Below the pieces are notes generated by a model that did not search any database, was not told the DNA's origin, and saw only the letters and a program-made list of their open reading frames with translations. DNA of 64,000 nt, taken from contig CAWBMP010000004.1 of NCBI GenBank assembly GCA_963790025.1, forward strand, positions 1,344,001 through 1,408,000. Direction: 5' to 3'. This document shows positions 1 to 9,838 of the stretch, in pieces (position 1 is the first letter of the stretch; each line of letters starts with the position of its first letter). Source of the stretch: Nitrospirota bacterium (GTDB lineage Bacteria; Nitrospirota; Thermodesulfovibrionia; Thermodesulfovibrionales; Dissulfurispiraceae). A program made the translations under genes and the position numbers.

Positions 1-43
1 AGATATGTTTACCGGCAACATGAAGGGGTCCGATAAGCATTAA

Positions 44-571
44 ATGGAGAATAGCGGAGGAAGGATTGTTCTTATTCTCGGGGGCGCCAGGAGCGGTAAG
101 AGCGGTTTCGCCCTGAAAACAGCATCCGGCATTCCGGGCAGGAAGGCATTTATTGCCACGGCACAGGCCCTGGATGCCGAGATGGAGCAAAGGATAGCAC
201 GGCATAAGGCGGCTCGTCCCGATGAGTGGCAAGTATATGAGGAGCCGGTAAACATACGGGACCTGATTGCAAGAATTCACGGAAGCTACGATGTGCTTCT
301 TGTTGACTGTCTTACCCTCTGGATTTCCAACCTCATGCTTGGAAACGACGATGTTGAAGACAGAGCACGGTCGTTCATCGATACCCTTTCCGCCTGCCGG
401 TCATCGGTCTTTATAGTGTCAAACGAGGTTGGTCTGGGAATTGTCCCTGATAACAGGCTGGCACGTGAATTCAGGGATGCTGCAGGCACGTTGAACCGGA
501 TGCTTGGTGAAGTGGCGGATGAGGTATATTTCGTGGTAGCAGGATTGCCGATCAGGATGAAACCGAGGTAA
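44..571 (+). CDS. cobU: bifunctional adenosylcobinamide kinase / cobinamide-phosphate guanylyltransferase
   Basis: GGARSGKS P-loop, RIARHK, VDCLTLW, SNEVGLG motifs; first complete gene of the cob operon. Confidence 0.95.
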   Translation: MENSGGRIVLILGGARSGKSGFALKTASGIPGRKAFIATAQALDAEMEQRIARHKAARPDEWQVYEEPVNIRDLIARIHGSYDVLLVDCLTLWISNLMLGNDDVEDRARSFIDTLSACRSSVFIVSNEVGLGIVPDNRLAREFRDAAGTLNRMLGEVADEVYFVVAGLPIRMKPR

Positions 572-631
572 AACCAAGGTATAAGCATAGGCAAAGGTAA
601 AGGTAAAGACTAACCTCTACCTCTACCTTGT
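565..631. repeat. intergenic hexamer-repeat hairpin (AGGTAA/AGGTA tract facing ACCTCT/ACCTTG tract)
   Basis: aggcaaaggtaaaggtaaagactaacctctacctctaccttg between cobU and cobT. Confidence 0.6.
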
Positions 632-649
632 ATTTATGGGAGGTCGTGT

Positions 650-1711
650 ATGGATATGCTGAGCAGTACTGTCAGTAAGATTGCAGAGATTAACGAGGAG
701 TTGTATGAGGTCGCGCAGAAACGCCTCGACAACCTAACAAAGCCTCCAGGCAGCCTCGGCAGGCTGGAAGAATTTGCACGAAGGCTTGTGGCTATAACCG
801 AAAGCAATAGCCCCATGCTGGACAAGAAGGTGATTTTCACCTTTGCCGGGGACCACGGCATCACCGAAGAAGGGGTATCTGCCTATCCGAAAGAAGTTAC
901 CCAGCAAATGGTGCTGAACTTTATCAGAGGCGGGGCGGGCATCAATGTGCTTGCACGCCACGCGGGGTCGGAAGTGGTTGTGGTGGATATCGGCGTTGAT
1001 TATGACTTCAAAGAGCTTGAGGGACTTATGCAGATGAAGGTTGTAAGAGGAACAAGAAATTTTGTCAAGGGCCCTGCGATGACAAAAGAAGATGCTGTTA
1101 AATGTATCGAAACCGGCATTACGCTTGCACAGGGATATGCGATAAAAGGATATAAGATATTCGGTACCGGAGACATGGGAATCGGCAATACCACTCCTTC
1201 AAGTGCCATTGCTGCGGTACTTACGGGCAAAACGGTAGCGGCAGTCACAGGCAAAGGCACCGGTATCAGCGATGCTTCGCTCAGGCAGAAGATCAAGGCA
1301 ATTGAAAAAGGCATCAAGGTAAATACGCCCGATCCGAAAAACGCTGTTGACGTGCTTTCAAAGGTCGGCGGGGCTGAGATTGGGGGTATTGCCGGGTTGA
1401 TACTTGGCGCCGCGGCAAACAGGATCCCTGTAATAATTGACGGGTTGATCTCGACTGCCGGCGCCATGATTGCGTATACCATCGAACCGAAGGTAAAAGG
1501 TTACCTGTTCGCAGCCCATAACTCGGTGGAAATAGGCCATAAGGCGATGCTCGATGCAATAGGACTACAGCCTATTCTCGACCTGAATCTCAGGCTCGGT
1601 GAAGGCACGGGGGCAGCGCTTGCCATGTTTATGATTGAGGCGGGACTCAAAATATACAGGGAAATGGCGACCTTCGGGGAGGCCGGGGTGAGTGACGAGA
1701 TAGTCAATTAG
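650..1711 (+). CDS. cobT: nicotinate-nucleotide--dimethylbenzimidazole phosphoribosyltransferase
   Basis: [30 protein letters not shown] motifs; GGAGG RBS. Confidence 0.96.
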   Translation: MDMLSSTVSKIAEINEELYEVAQKRLDNLTKPPGSLGRLEEFARRLVAITESNSPMLDKKVIFTFAGDHGITEEGVSAYPKEVTQQMVLNFIRGGAGINVLARHAGSEVVVVDIGVDYDFKELEGLMQMKVVRGTRNFVKGPAMTKEDAVKCIETGITLAQGYAIKGYKIFGTGDMGIGNTTPSSAIAAVLTGKTVAAVTGKGTGISDASLRQKIKAIEKGIKVNTPDPKNAVDVLSKVGGAEIGGIAGLILGAAANRIPVIIDGLISTAGAMIAYTIEPKVKGYLFAAHNSVEIGHKAMLDAIGLQPILDLNLRLGEGTGAALAMFMIEAGLKIYREMATFGEAGVSDEIVN

Positions 1712-2524
1712 ATGAAACAGATGCTGCTTGCGATTCAATTTCTTACCATCATACCGGTAAAGGTAAAGGGCACTTGCTCCGAGGAGGAGTTAGCGCGTTG
1801 CACCTCTTTTTTCCCCATTGCAGGCGCTCTGCAGGGCATTTTTATGGCGCTTACCGCTTTTGCCGTAATGCGCATATTCCCCGTCGAGATAACAAGCAGT
1901 TTTGTGATCCTTGTTCTTTTGCTGTCTAACGGCGGGTTCGACCTGGACGGGCTGATTGATACCTTTGATGCACTGGCTGTCAAGTCAACTGGAGACAGGG
2001 AACGTGACCGGGAAAAGCGGCTTTCGGTTATGAAGGAAAGTTCAATAGGAGCGGTCGGGGCAATTGCATTGGTTATGACAGTGCTTTTGAAATTTGTGCT
2101 GCTTAATCATCTGTTCCGTGTCCTTACGCATGTGGCGGTGCTTTCATTCCTTTTCATCATCCCGGTCTTCTCGAAGTGGGTAACGGTAATTGCCATGCTT
2201 CACGGCCGCCCTGCGCGTCAAGACGGTCTCGGACGCATCTTTATCGGCAGAGTGCGCAATAGACAGGTGATTTTTTCTTCAATAATTGTGTTCCTTCTGT
2301 ATGCGGTTGTTGCCGGACTGTATCTTTATCCACTGTACGGTATGCGGATAATAGTCCTGTTTGATTTACTGTTCATAATGCTCTACCTGCTGGCCGTCAT
2401 AGCAGTACGCTTTGCTATCAGGAAGTTCGGCGGCCTCACCGGAGATCATTTCGGGGCACTCAGTGAAATTGCAGAAATACTTTTATTGGCGGCTATACCT
2501 GTATGGTTACAACACTCTACCTGA
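1712..2524 (+). CDS. cobS: adenosylcobinamide-GDP ribazoletransferase (cobalamin synthase)
   Basis: QFLTIIP, LDGLIDTFD, GGLTGDHFGA motifs; multiple TM segments. Confidence 0.93.
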   Translation: MKQMLLAIQFLTIIPVKVKGTCSEEELARCTSFFPIAGALQGIFMALTAFAVMRIFPVEITSSFVILVLLLSNGGFDLDGLIDTFDALAVKSTGDRERDREKRLSVMKESSIGAVGAIALVMTVLLKFVLLNHLFRVLTHVAVLSFLFIIPVFSKWVTVIAMLHGRPARQDGLGRIFIGRVRNRQVIFSSIIVFLLYAVVAGLYLYPLYGMRIIVLFDLLFIMLYLLAVIAVRFAIRKFGGLTGDHFGALSEIAEILLLAAIPVWLQHST

Positions 2525-3138
2525 TAAGACATGGAGAAACAATAGGGAGCGATGCAAAACGCTACAAGGGTAGCATCGATGTACCACTCTCCGAGCGGGG
2601 CATTGCGCAGATAAAAAAAGTATCGGTCTTTATCGCTGAAAAGCTGAAGCTCTCTGCGGTATACTGCTCCGGGCTGAGCAGGGCGGCGAAGAGCGCAGAG
2701 ATAATAGCCGAACCACATGGCCTGAAGCCGATGGTCATCCACGAGTTCCGCGAAAGAAACTTCGGTCTATGGGAAGGAATGACGTTCAGTGAAATAAAGG
2801 AGATGTACCCTGCCGAGTTCGAAGGTTGGGCGTCCGATCCTCTAAGGCACAGTCCGATAAACGGCGAGAGCACAATCGAGGTATATGAAAGGGTAATCGG
2901 GACACTCGACAGCATTGTGAGCAAACATACAGCGGAAAGCGATGATCAGAATCCAGTGGCCGACAACATTGCTGTTGTTGCCCACGGTGGCGTGAACAGA
3001 ATAATCCTTTGCCATCTTATGGGGGTTCCCCTTGAAAATTTCTTCAGGATCGAACAGGACCACGCTGGAGTCAATATCATTGAATTCTGGGAACGCTACC
3101 CCGTAATAAAATTACTGAACGGAGGACCTGTTGGCTAA
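2503..3138 (+). CDS. cobC: alpha-ribazole phosphatase (histidine phosphatase family)
   Basis: RHGET, ERNFGLWEG, AHGGV motifs; follows cobS. Confidence 0.85.
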   Translation: MVTTLYLIRHGETIGSDAKRYKGSIDVPLSERGIAQIKKVSVFIAEKLKLSAVYCSGLSRAAKSAEIIAEPHGLKPMVIHEFRERNFGLWEGMTFSEIKEMYPAEFEGWASDPLRHSPINGESTIEVYERVIGTLDSIVSKHTAESDDQNPVADNIAVVAHGGVNRIILCHLMGVPLENFFRIEQDHAGVNIIEFWERYPVIKLLNGGPVG

Positions 3139-4642
3139 GGCATTGATGGTGCAGGGAACAGGCTCCGGGGCAGGCAAGAGCCTCATTGCCGCTGCCCTGT
3201 GCAGGATTTTCAGGGACAAGGGGGTGAATGTCGCACCATTCAAGGCGCAGAACATGGCGCTAAACTCCGCAATAACACGGGACGGCGGGGAGATGGGAAG
3301 GGCGCAGATACTGCAGGCAGAGGCCGCAAGGGTGGAGCCCACCGTCGATATGAACCCCATATTACTGAAGGCATCGGGCGAGATGGGCTCGCAGGTCATC
3401 ATTCAGGGTAAAGTCCATTCATGTATGAAAGCCCGGGAATACTATGGCTTTAAGAAGACAGCCTGGGAGGCAGTCAAACAATCTTTCGACCATCTGTCAC
3501 GGCAGTACGAACTTATTGTGCTGGAAGGCGCCGGAAGTCCTGCGGAAATAAATCTCATGAATGTGGATATCGTAAATATGGCTGCTGCAAGATATGCGAA
3601 AGCCCCCGTGCTCCTGGTCGGTGATATCGACAAGGGTGGCGTTTTCGCTTCACTTTACGGCACTGTCAAACTCCTCGGCAATCAGAGCAGGCTTGTAAAA
3701 GGGTTTATCATAAATAAATTCCGTGGAGACCCGGCAATTCTCGCTCCGGGGCTCGACATGATACAGGACAAGACGGGAAAACCCGTTGTCGGGGTGCTGC
3801 CGTATATTTACGACATTGGTCTTCCGGAAGAGGACGGTCTCTCACTCCAGAAAATTTCAAATTTCAAGCCTCGAATCTCAAATATCGAAATGATTAAAGT
3901 TGTTGTGGTCAGGCTAAAATACATATCTAATTTCACGGATTTCGATCCGCTCCAGCACGAGCCCGATGTAGAACTCATTTACTCCTTAAATCCTGCCGAC
4001 ATAGAAAACGCCGACCTCGTTATCATTCCGGGTTCAAAAAATACAGTCAAAGATCTCCTGTCCCTGAAAGAACACGATCTTGATGCCAGCATAAAGCGGG
4101 CGCATGCAAAGGGCATCCAGATTATAGGTATTTGCGGCGGATACCAGATGTCAGGCAAAAAGATTTTTGACCCTTACAGCGTTGAAAGCAGCAATAAAGC
4201 TGTTGACGGACTCGGATTGCTGAACATAGAGACCACGTTCGGGAAAAAGAAAACGACATGCCAGGCAGAGGCGGAATTAATTGATGCTGCTGTGACAGGG
4301 AATTCATTGTTTTCACATCTACGCGGTTATGAAATTCATATGGGAGAAAGCACAGGGGACATCGGTGTATTTAAACTAAAAAGATTTTCCTCAAACGACG
4401 AAAGCCTGGCGCTGGAAGGCTCAAGGAATAATAACTGTTGGGGAACATATCTTCACGGCATTTTCGAGAACGATTTATTCAGAAGAAGCCTTCTCAACAT
4501 GGTCCGGACTCAAAAAGGGCTGCCTCCGTTAACCGATGCCCGCTCATATGGCGCAATAAAAGAAAAAGCACTTAACGCACTTGCCGACATCGTCAGGGAG
4601 CACCTTGACATGAAATTTATTGAGAGACTGGCCGGCCTATGA
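3131..4642 (+). CDS. cbiP: cobyric acid synthase
   Basis: QGTGSGAGKS, PFKAQNM, EGAGSPAEIN, GICGGYQM, GYEIHMG, GTYLHG; TTG start. Confidence 0.95.
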   Translation: MAKALMVQGTGSGAGKSLIAAALCRIFRDKGVNVAPFKAQNMALNSAITRDGGEMGRAQILQAEAARVEPTVDMNPILLKASGEMGSQVIIQGKVHSCMKAREYYGFKKTAWEAVKQSFDHLSRQYELIVLEGAGSPAEINLMNVDIVNMAAARYAKAPVLLVGDIDKGGVFASLYGTVKLLGNQSRLVKGFIINKFRGDPAILAPGLDMIQDKTGKPVVGVLPYIYDIGLPEEDGLSLQKISNFKPRISNIEMIKVVVVRLKYISNFTDFDPLQHEPDVELIYSLNPADIENADLVIIPGSKNTVKDLLSLKEHDLDASIKRAHAKGIQIIGICGGYQMSGKKIFDPYSVESSNKAVDGLGLLNIETTFGKKKTTCQAEAELIDAAVTGNSLFSHLRGYEIHMGESTGDIGVFKLKRFSSNDESLALEGSRNNNCWGTYLHGIFENDLFRRSLLNMVRTQKGLPPLTDARSYGAIKEKALNALADIVREHLDMKFIERLAGL

Positions 4643-5676
4643 CAATGATGCCAGTGATGCCAATGATGATAGCACCGCTGCAGCTTCTACTTGCATTTTC
4701 CCTGGACCTGCTGATCGGAGACCCCTTGTGGCTCCCTCATCCTGTAAGGACCATCGGCAAGTGCGTCAGCAGGCTGGAACGTTTTTTAAGGGCCCGCGCC
4801 ACCTCTCCGTCGGACGAAAGGAGGGCTGGAATCCTCCTCGTGCTGCTGATTGCTATACCGGCATTCCTGATAACATTTTTCATCCTTGCAATTATAAGGT
4901 TGTTGCCCGGTACTGCCGGATCATTAGCAGGGATGGCTGTAGTTATCTATCTTACCGCAACAACACTGGCAATCCGCGAGCTTGTCACATCCTCACAGGC
5001 TGTCATCCATCGGGTAAAGGAGGGAGACATTGAAAAGGCCAGGCACAACCTCAGCATGATCGTGGGACGGGACACACAGGACCTCTCCGGGAAGGATATT
5101 CTGAAAGCGACTATGGAGACTCTTGCCGAAAACCTTTCCGACGGATTCATCGCCCCTCTCTTTTATCTGGTAATTGGAGGTCTGCCACTCGCCATTACCT
5201 ATAAGGCAATCAATACGCTGGACTCTATGGTAGGATATAAGAACGACACATACCGGTATTTCGGCTGGGCAGCAGCCCGCTCCGACGATATTGCAAATTA
5301 TCTGCCTGCCAGGTTCACCGGCATATTGATAGTTTTTGCGGCATTTCTTGTTTCGCTGTTTAAAAACACCGCCCGGGCGTTCGCCTCTGCATGTTGTTCC
5401 TTCACTACTATGCGCCGCGATGGTAATAAACATCTTAGTCCCAATAGCGGCATACCCGAGGCTGCCATGGCAGGCGCACTTGGTATCATGATGGGAGGGC
5501 CATCAAGTTATGGGGGGGTTATAGTTGAGAAACCCTGGATCGGAGAAGCCGGGACAACGGTGGCTGTAGAAGATTATATTACTGCCTCTGAAAAAGCAAT
5601 CGGCATAGCTAAAATCACCTCTTTGCTCGGCATTGGTATCTCGGTGTTGATTTTAGCTGCGAGGAGGGTACCTTAA
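4639..5676 (+). CDS. cbiB: adenosylcobinamide-phosphate synthase
   Basis: GDP..PHPV, IVGRDT, AENLSDG, NTLDSMVGY, SPNSG motifs. Confidence 0.94.
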   Translation: MTMMPVMPMMIAPLQLLLAFSLDLLIGDPLWLPHPVRTIGKCVSRLERFLRARATSPSDERRAGILLVLLIAIPAFLITFFILAIIRLLPGTAGSLAGMAVVIYLTATTLAIRELVTSSQAVIHRVKEGDIEKARHNLSMIVGRDTQDLSGKDILKATMETLAENLSDGFIAPLFYLVIGGLPLAITYKAINTLDSMVGYKNDTYRYFGWAAARSDDIANYLPARFTGILIVFAAFLVSLFKNTARAFASACCSFTTMRRDGNKHLSPNSGIPEAAMAGALGIMMGGPSSYGGVIVEKPWIGEAGTTVAVEDYITASEKAIGIAKITSLLGIGISVLILAARRVP

Positions 5677-6764
5677 TGCAAGGGTCGCATGGCGGAAATA
5701 TTTACCGGGCTGCCGAAAAGCTGGGAGTAAACGAGTACGAAATAATTGATTTCAGTGCTTCCATCAACCCTCTCGGCGTTCCTAAAAGTGTGTTATCCGG
5801 CATAAAGGATTCGATGAGATACCTCTATAACTATCCCGACCCCGATGCAAAGCAATTCACGCGCGCCCTTGCCGGGCACTTTGCAATCAACCCGGAATCC
5901 ATCCTTTGCGGAAACGGCAGCACAGAACTCATTTACCTCGTCATTAGGGCCCTAAAACCGGAAAGAATACTCATCCCGGCTCCCACATTCTCGGAATACG
6001 AGCAGGCGGCGGGCGATGGCAGGGAAATCGTCCATTACGCGCTCAACGCAAGGGACAACTTTGCAGTAAACCCGGACTCATTCATCGCCGCGATGGCCGG
6101 AGGCTCTGACTCAACGTCTTACAAGACTTCGCTCACAACTTCTGTCGATATGACATTTTTATGTAATCCGAACAATCCTACCGGGGGCATAACAAGAAAG
6201 ACCGATATGCTGAAAATAGCCGAGGCCGCGCGGGAACTTAAATGTCACCTCGTTATTGATGAAGCATTTATTGATTTTACACCTGATGAGTCACTGATAA
6301 ACGAGGTTGAGGACAACCCCTACCTTATTGTTCTCAGGTCCCTGACAAAGTTCTATGCCCTTTCAGGCTTGAGGGTCGGATACGGTGTTTTCCCGCTGAC
6401 GCTGATAGATACAATAAGAAAGCACAAGGAACCGTGGACAGTGAATACGCTTGCACAAGTGGCGGGGATTGCCGCACTCAAAGACGAGACATATAAAGAA
6501 GACGCATTCAAAATCATAAAAAACGAGAGAAAAACCCTCGAAGACGGATTCAGGCTATTGAAGATACCTTATTTCCCGTCGGCTGCCAATTTTTATCTCA
6601 TACAATTCGATAAGACCCGGGACGTTATCAACGCCCTCAGTGAAAAGGGTATTCTTTTAAGAGATTGCTCGAATTTCAGAAACCTTGACGGATCGTATGC
6701 CAGGGTAGCGGTAAAATCGAACCGCGATAACATGCGACTGCTGAAGGAAATGGCAAACATATGA
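5676..6764 (+). CDS. cobD: threonine-phosphate decarboxylase
   Basis: HGGN, DFSASINP, CNPNNPTG, DEAF, RSLTKFYALSGLRVGY (PLP lysine). Confidence 0.93.
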   Translation: MQGSHGGNIYRAAEKLGVNEYEIIDFSASINPLGVPKSVLSGIKDSMRYLYNYPDPDAKQFTRALAGHFAINPESILCGNGSTELIYLVIRALKPERILIPAPTFSEYEQAAGDGREIVHYALNARDNFAVNPDSFIAAMAGGSDSTSYKTSLTTSVDMTFLCNPNNPTGGITRKTDMLKIAEAARELKCHLVIDEAFIDFTPDESLINEVEDNPYLIVLRSLTKFYALSGLRVGYGVFPLTLIDTIRKHKEPWTVNTLAQVAGIAALKDETYKEDAFKIIKNERKTLEDGFRLLKIPYFPSAANFYLIQFDKTRDVINALSEKGILLRDCSNFRNLDGSYARVAVKSNRDNMRLLKEMANI

Positions 6765-8227
6765 ACAGCCTAGTAATAGCGGGCACACATAGCGGCTGCG
6801 GCAAAACAACCGTAACCCTTGGGCTTCTCGCTGCACTCAAAAAAAAGGGGTTGGAGGTCCAGCCGTTCAAGGCAGGGCCTGATTTCATAGATACAGGGCT
6901 TCACCGCCTCATTACCGGCAGGCCTTCAAGAAACCTGGACCTGTGGATGTGTGGGGAAAAAGCCGTGTTTGAGTGCTTCAAAACGCACACGGCCCATGCT
7001 GACATAGCTGTTATCGAAGGAGTCATGGGGATGTATGACGGAGATTTCAGCACCGCAGATCTGGCGTCCATTCTAGGTCTGCCTACAGTCCTTGTTGTCG
7101 ACGCATACGGAATGGCGGAAAGTGCCGGGGCGATTGTCAGAGGCTTTGCCTCTTCCGCGCTGCTTGCCGGCGTTATTTTCAACCGCGTGGCGTCGGATAC
7201 CCACTATGAAAGACTTAAAAGCAGTGTCCGCGATGTCCCAGTTTTAGGATATCTGCCAAGGGACCTGGATTTCGAGATGCCGCATCGTCATCTTGGTCTC
7301 GTCGTTGCCGAGGAAATACCCATCGGCGCGGATCGTATCGACAAGCTTGCAGATACTGTATTAAGTCATATCGATATCAATGCAGTTGTTTCGCTATGTC
7401 AGCAGTGTAATGAAGGATGTGTCTCTGTAGCGAATCGCGGAGTCTTGCAAACAGTTCTCGGCGAAGAGAGCGTTAAACAGTCGCAATGTTTGAGCTCGCA
7501 GAGCGAGTTTTGCGACTGTAGCGAACGAGCCGTTAGAACTGTCAAGACGGAGCGTCTGAGCGTAAGAGACATATCCTTCATTACACCACCGCACGTTCTA
7601 AAACTGGCGGTTGCTTATGACAAGGCGTTCTGTTTTTATTATGTAGATAATCTGGACCTCCTCAGGGAGGCCGGAGCCGAAATTGTTTTCTTCAGCCCTC
7701 TTTCCGACCATCAGGTCCCTGCAGACTCGGATGCCCTCTATATAGGGGGCGGATATCCGGAATTATACGCTGAAGCTCTTTCCGGCAACTCCTCTATGCT
7801 TGCTTCCGTAAATGCCTGGGCCAGTTCAGGCAAGCCGGTCTATGCCGAATGCGGCGGCCTCATGTATCTTTCAAAAGGCATCCATGATTTCGATGATAAC
7901 TTTTTTAGAATGGCAGGAGTATTCCCTTTTAAGACACAAATGAGGAAAGGGAGGTCACATCTGGGATACAGGGAAATAATGCTCGAAAAAGACTGTATTC
8001 TTGGTAAAAAAGGGGACAGGCTCAGGGGACATGAATTCCACTATTCGGAGATCGTTGATAGCGCTTTAGCCCTTAATCGTATATATTCAGTCTGCGACAA
8101 GTTCGGCCAGGAGCTTCCGGACGAAGGCTACCTGTTTAAAAATACTCTTGCAAGTTATGTTCACCTTCACTTTGCAGGCAACAGGCCAGTTGCAGAAAGT
8201 TTTATAACACACTTAAAGGAGAAATAA
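6761..8227 (+). CDS. cbiA: cobyrinate a,c-diamide synthase with a ~60-aa in-frame repeat-derived insertion
   Basis: SGCGKTT, FKAGPDFID, EGVMG, RHLGL, AECGGLMYL, GHEFHYS; insertion lies between synthetase and glutaminase domains. Confidence 0.94.
   Translation: MNSLVIAGTHSGCGKTTVTLGLLAALKKKGLEVQPFKAGPDFIDTGLHRLITGRPSRNLDLWMCGEKAVFECFKTHTAHADIAVIEGVMGMYDGDFSTADLASILGLPTVLVVDAYGMAESAGAIVRGFASSALLAGVIFNRVASDTHYERLKSSVRDVPVLGYLPRDLDFEMPHRHLGLVVAEEIPIGADRIDKLADTVLSHIDINAVVSLCQQCNEGCVSVANRGVLQTVLGEESVKQSQCLSSQSEFCDCSERAVRTVKTERLSVRDISFITPPHVLKLAVAYDKAFCFYYVDNLDLLREAGAEIVFFSPLSDHQVPADSDALYIGGGYPELYAEALSGNSSMLASVNAWASSGKPVYAECGGLMYLSKGIHDFDDNFFRMAGVFPFKTQMRKGRSHLGYREIMLEKDCILGKKGDRLRGHEFHYSEIVDSALALNRIYSVCDKFGQELPDEGYLFKNTLASYVHLHFAGNRPVAESFITHLKEK
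7405..7586. mobile_element. 182-bp palindromic MITE-like element, copy 1, in frame inside cbiA
   Basis: 22-bp terminal inverted repeats 7405-7426 / 7565-7586 (21/22 match); inverted second copy at 9348-9535. Confidence 0.85.
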
Positions 8228-8234
8228 CCCCGGT

Positions 8235-9299
8235 ATGGATGAGAGCATTATACTTATAGGCCATGGCAGCCCGAGAAAAGACGCAAACAACCTCGAACTA
8301 ATAGCGACAATGCTGCACAGCATGCTTCACCCAGGATGCAGCAGCGAGTGCGTAACGTCTTCCTATCTTCAATTCGCAGAGCCCGATATTATGAAGACCA
8401 TTAAGGGCAGCATAGAGAGCGGCGCAAAGAGGATTATCCTTCACCCCTTCTTTCTGAATGCCGGGATGCACGTTACCAAAGATATTCCCGAATTGATCAA
8501 AGAGGCCGGGGAGTTGTTCCCAGGCGTGGAATTTATTTACACGGAGCCGCTCGGCATACACGAAAAACTGGTCCAGATAGTTATGGAGCGCATCAGCTCA
8601 GCATCGGTCTGTTCCCGAAAAGGCACAGACTTTTCAGCGTTAGACAGCAAATTGGCCCCTGAAGAGATAGAAAGAAAGAGTTTTGAAATACTCTCGGAGG
8701 AACACGACTTGAGCAGTGTTCCGTACGATCAGCTTCCGATAATCCAGCGGGTCATCCATGCTACTGCCGATTTCGAATTCAAAGAAACACTTGTCTTTCA
8801 TCCTGATGCGGTTGCTGCCGGTATCAAGGCGATAAGAGAAGGTAAAAACATTCTTACTGATGTCGAGATGGTCAGGACCGGTATCAACAAACGGCTTCTT
8901 GACCGATGGGGGGGCAAGGTTGTTTGCGCCATTGCGGATGAACACGTGGCCCGTGAATCAAAAGAAACAGGCAGAACGCGTGCTGAAATTGCCATTGAGA
9001 AAAGAATCGGTGAGAACGTCGGAATCATCGCTGTCGGCAATGCTCCGACCGCCCTTTTGCGTGTTATAGAACTCCTCAGGGACACTTGCTGCTCATCGAC
9101 GGCCCCTTATAATTGCCATGGGGCGCCTCTGGTAATCGGCGTGCCGGTGGGTTTTGTGAAGGCGTTCGAGTCAAAAGCCATACTTGCAGGACAGGAGTTC
9201 CCGTTTATAACAAATCTGAGCAGAAAAGGCGGGACACCCGTTGCTGTAGCGATTGTGAATGCACTGCTCAAGATGGCTTCGGAGGGGAGTACAGAATGA
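8235..9299 (+). CDS. cbiXC: fusion: short CbiX cobaltochelatase domain + cobalt-precorrin-8 methylmutase (CbiC)
   Basis: N-term IGHGS...LQFAEP...PFFL..GMHV..DIP; C-term RVIHATAD, GNAPTAL, PVGFV, RKGGT. Confidence 0.9.
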   Translation: MDESIILIGHGSPRKDANNLELIATMLHSMLHPGCSSECVTSSYLQFAEPDIMKTIKGSIESGAKRIILHPFFLNAGMHVTKDIPELIKEAGELFPGVEFIYTEPLGIHEKLVQIVMERISSASVCSRKGTDFSALDSKLAPEEIERKSFEILSEEHDLSSVPYDQLPIIQRVIHATADFEFKETLVFHPDAVAAGIKAIREGKNILTDVEMVRTGINKRLLDRWGGKVVCAIADEHVARESKETGRTRAEIAIEKRIGENVGIIAVGNAPTALLRVIELLRDTCCSSTAPYNCHGAPLVIGVPVGFVKAFESKAILAGQEFPFITNLSRKGGTPVAVAIVNALLKMASEGSTE

Positions 9300-9838
9300 T
9301 ACGGAGAAACGGCGACACTGGAACACGGCAAATCTGCAAATCATACAGTGTAATGAAGGCTGTGTCCCTTCCGCTCAGGCGCTCCGTCTTGACAGTTCTA
9401 ACGGCTCATTCGCTACAGTCGCAAAACTCAACTACTACCGCAAAAAATCTTCGATATTTTCGGGGACCCCTGACTTCGCCGAGAACTATTTGCATGACTC
9501 CTCGATTCGCTCCAGAGAAACATCCTTCATTACACTTATTGTGTTGCAGTTTGCTGTTTCTTTTACTGCTTACTTATTACTGTTTACTGCCTGCTCCTGT
9601 TTCTGCCTCCGATAAATGGCAAGGGGTTGATGAATCGGTTGTCGAGAAATACGCCAAAGAGCATGGCAGAGAAGCGGTTAAACCATTGATCAACATTGAA
9701 CAGGGAGACCTCCCCCTCTTTTTGTTTCTCCTTGCAGGGACCGCTGGAGGATTTGCAGCAGGATATTACTGGAGAAAACTTACTGAACCAGGTGACGGGA
9801 ATAAAACAAAAGGGGCAAAGGAGGGTCCCCAAAAGTAA
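9296..9838 (+). CDS. CbiN-like small cobalt ECF transporter component; N-terminal ~80 aa are repeat-derived and the true start is uncertain
   Basis: GGAGGG RBS and ATGA overlap with cbiC stop; signal-like hydrophobic stretch, WQGVDESVVEK, C-terminal TM (LFLFLLAGTAGGFAAGYYWR); directly upstream of cbiQ. Confidence 0.7.
   Translation: MIRRNGDTGTRQICKSYSVMKAVSLPLRRSVLTVLTAHSLQSQNSTTTAKNLRYFRGPLTSPRTICMTPRFAPEKHPSLHLLCCSLLFLLLLTYYCLLPAPVSASDKWQGVDESVVEKYAKEHGREAVKPLINIEQGDLPLFLFLLAGTAGGFAAGYYWRKLTEPGDGNKTKGAKEGPQK
9348..9535. mobile_element. 188-bp palindromic MITE-like element, copy 2 (opposite orientation)
   Basis: GTGTAATGAAGG...CCTTCATTACAC ends; arms match the reverse complement of copy 1 (76/82 and 57/62); different 44-bp core. 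Confidence 0.85.

Noticed and set aside
1..650. Cobalamin riboswitch
   Set aside because: No B12-box recognised; the operon start lies upstream of the window
9113..9295. N-terminal extension of the 241-aa ORF
   Set aside because: Overlaps the conserved CbiC C-terminus; RBS and ATG at 9296 are more plausible
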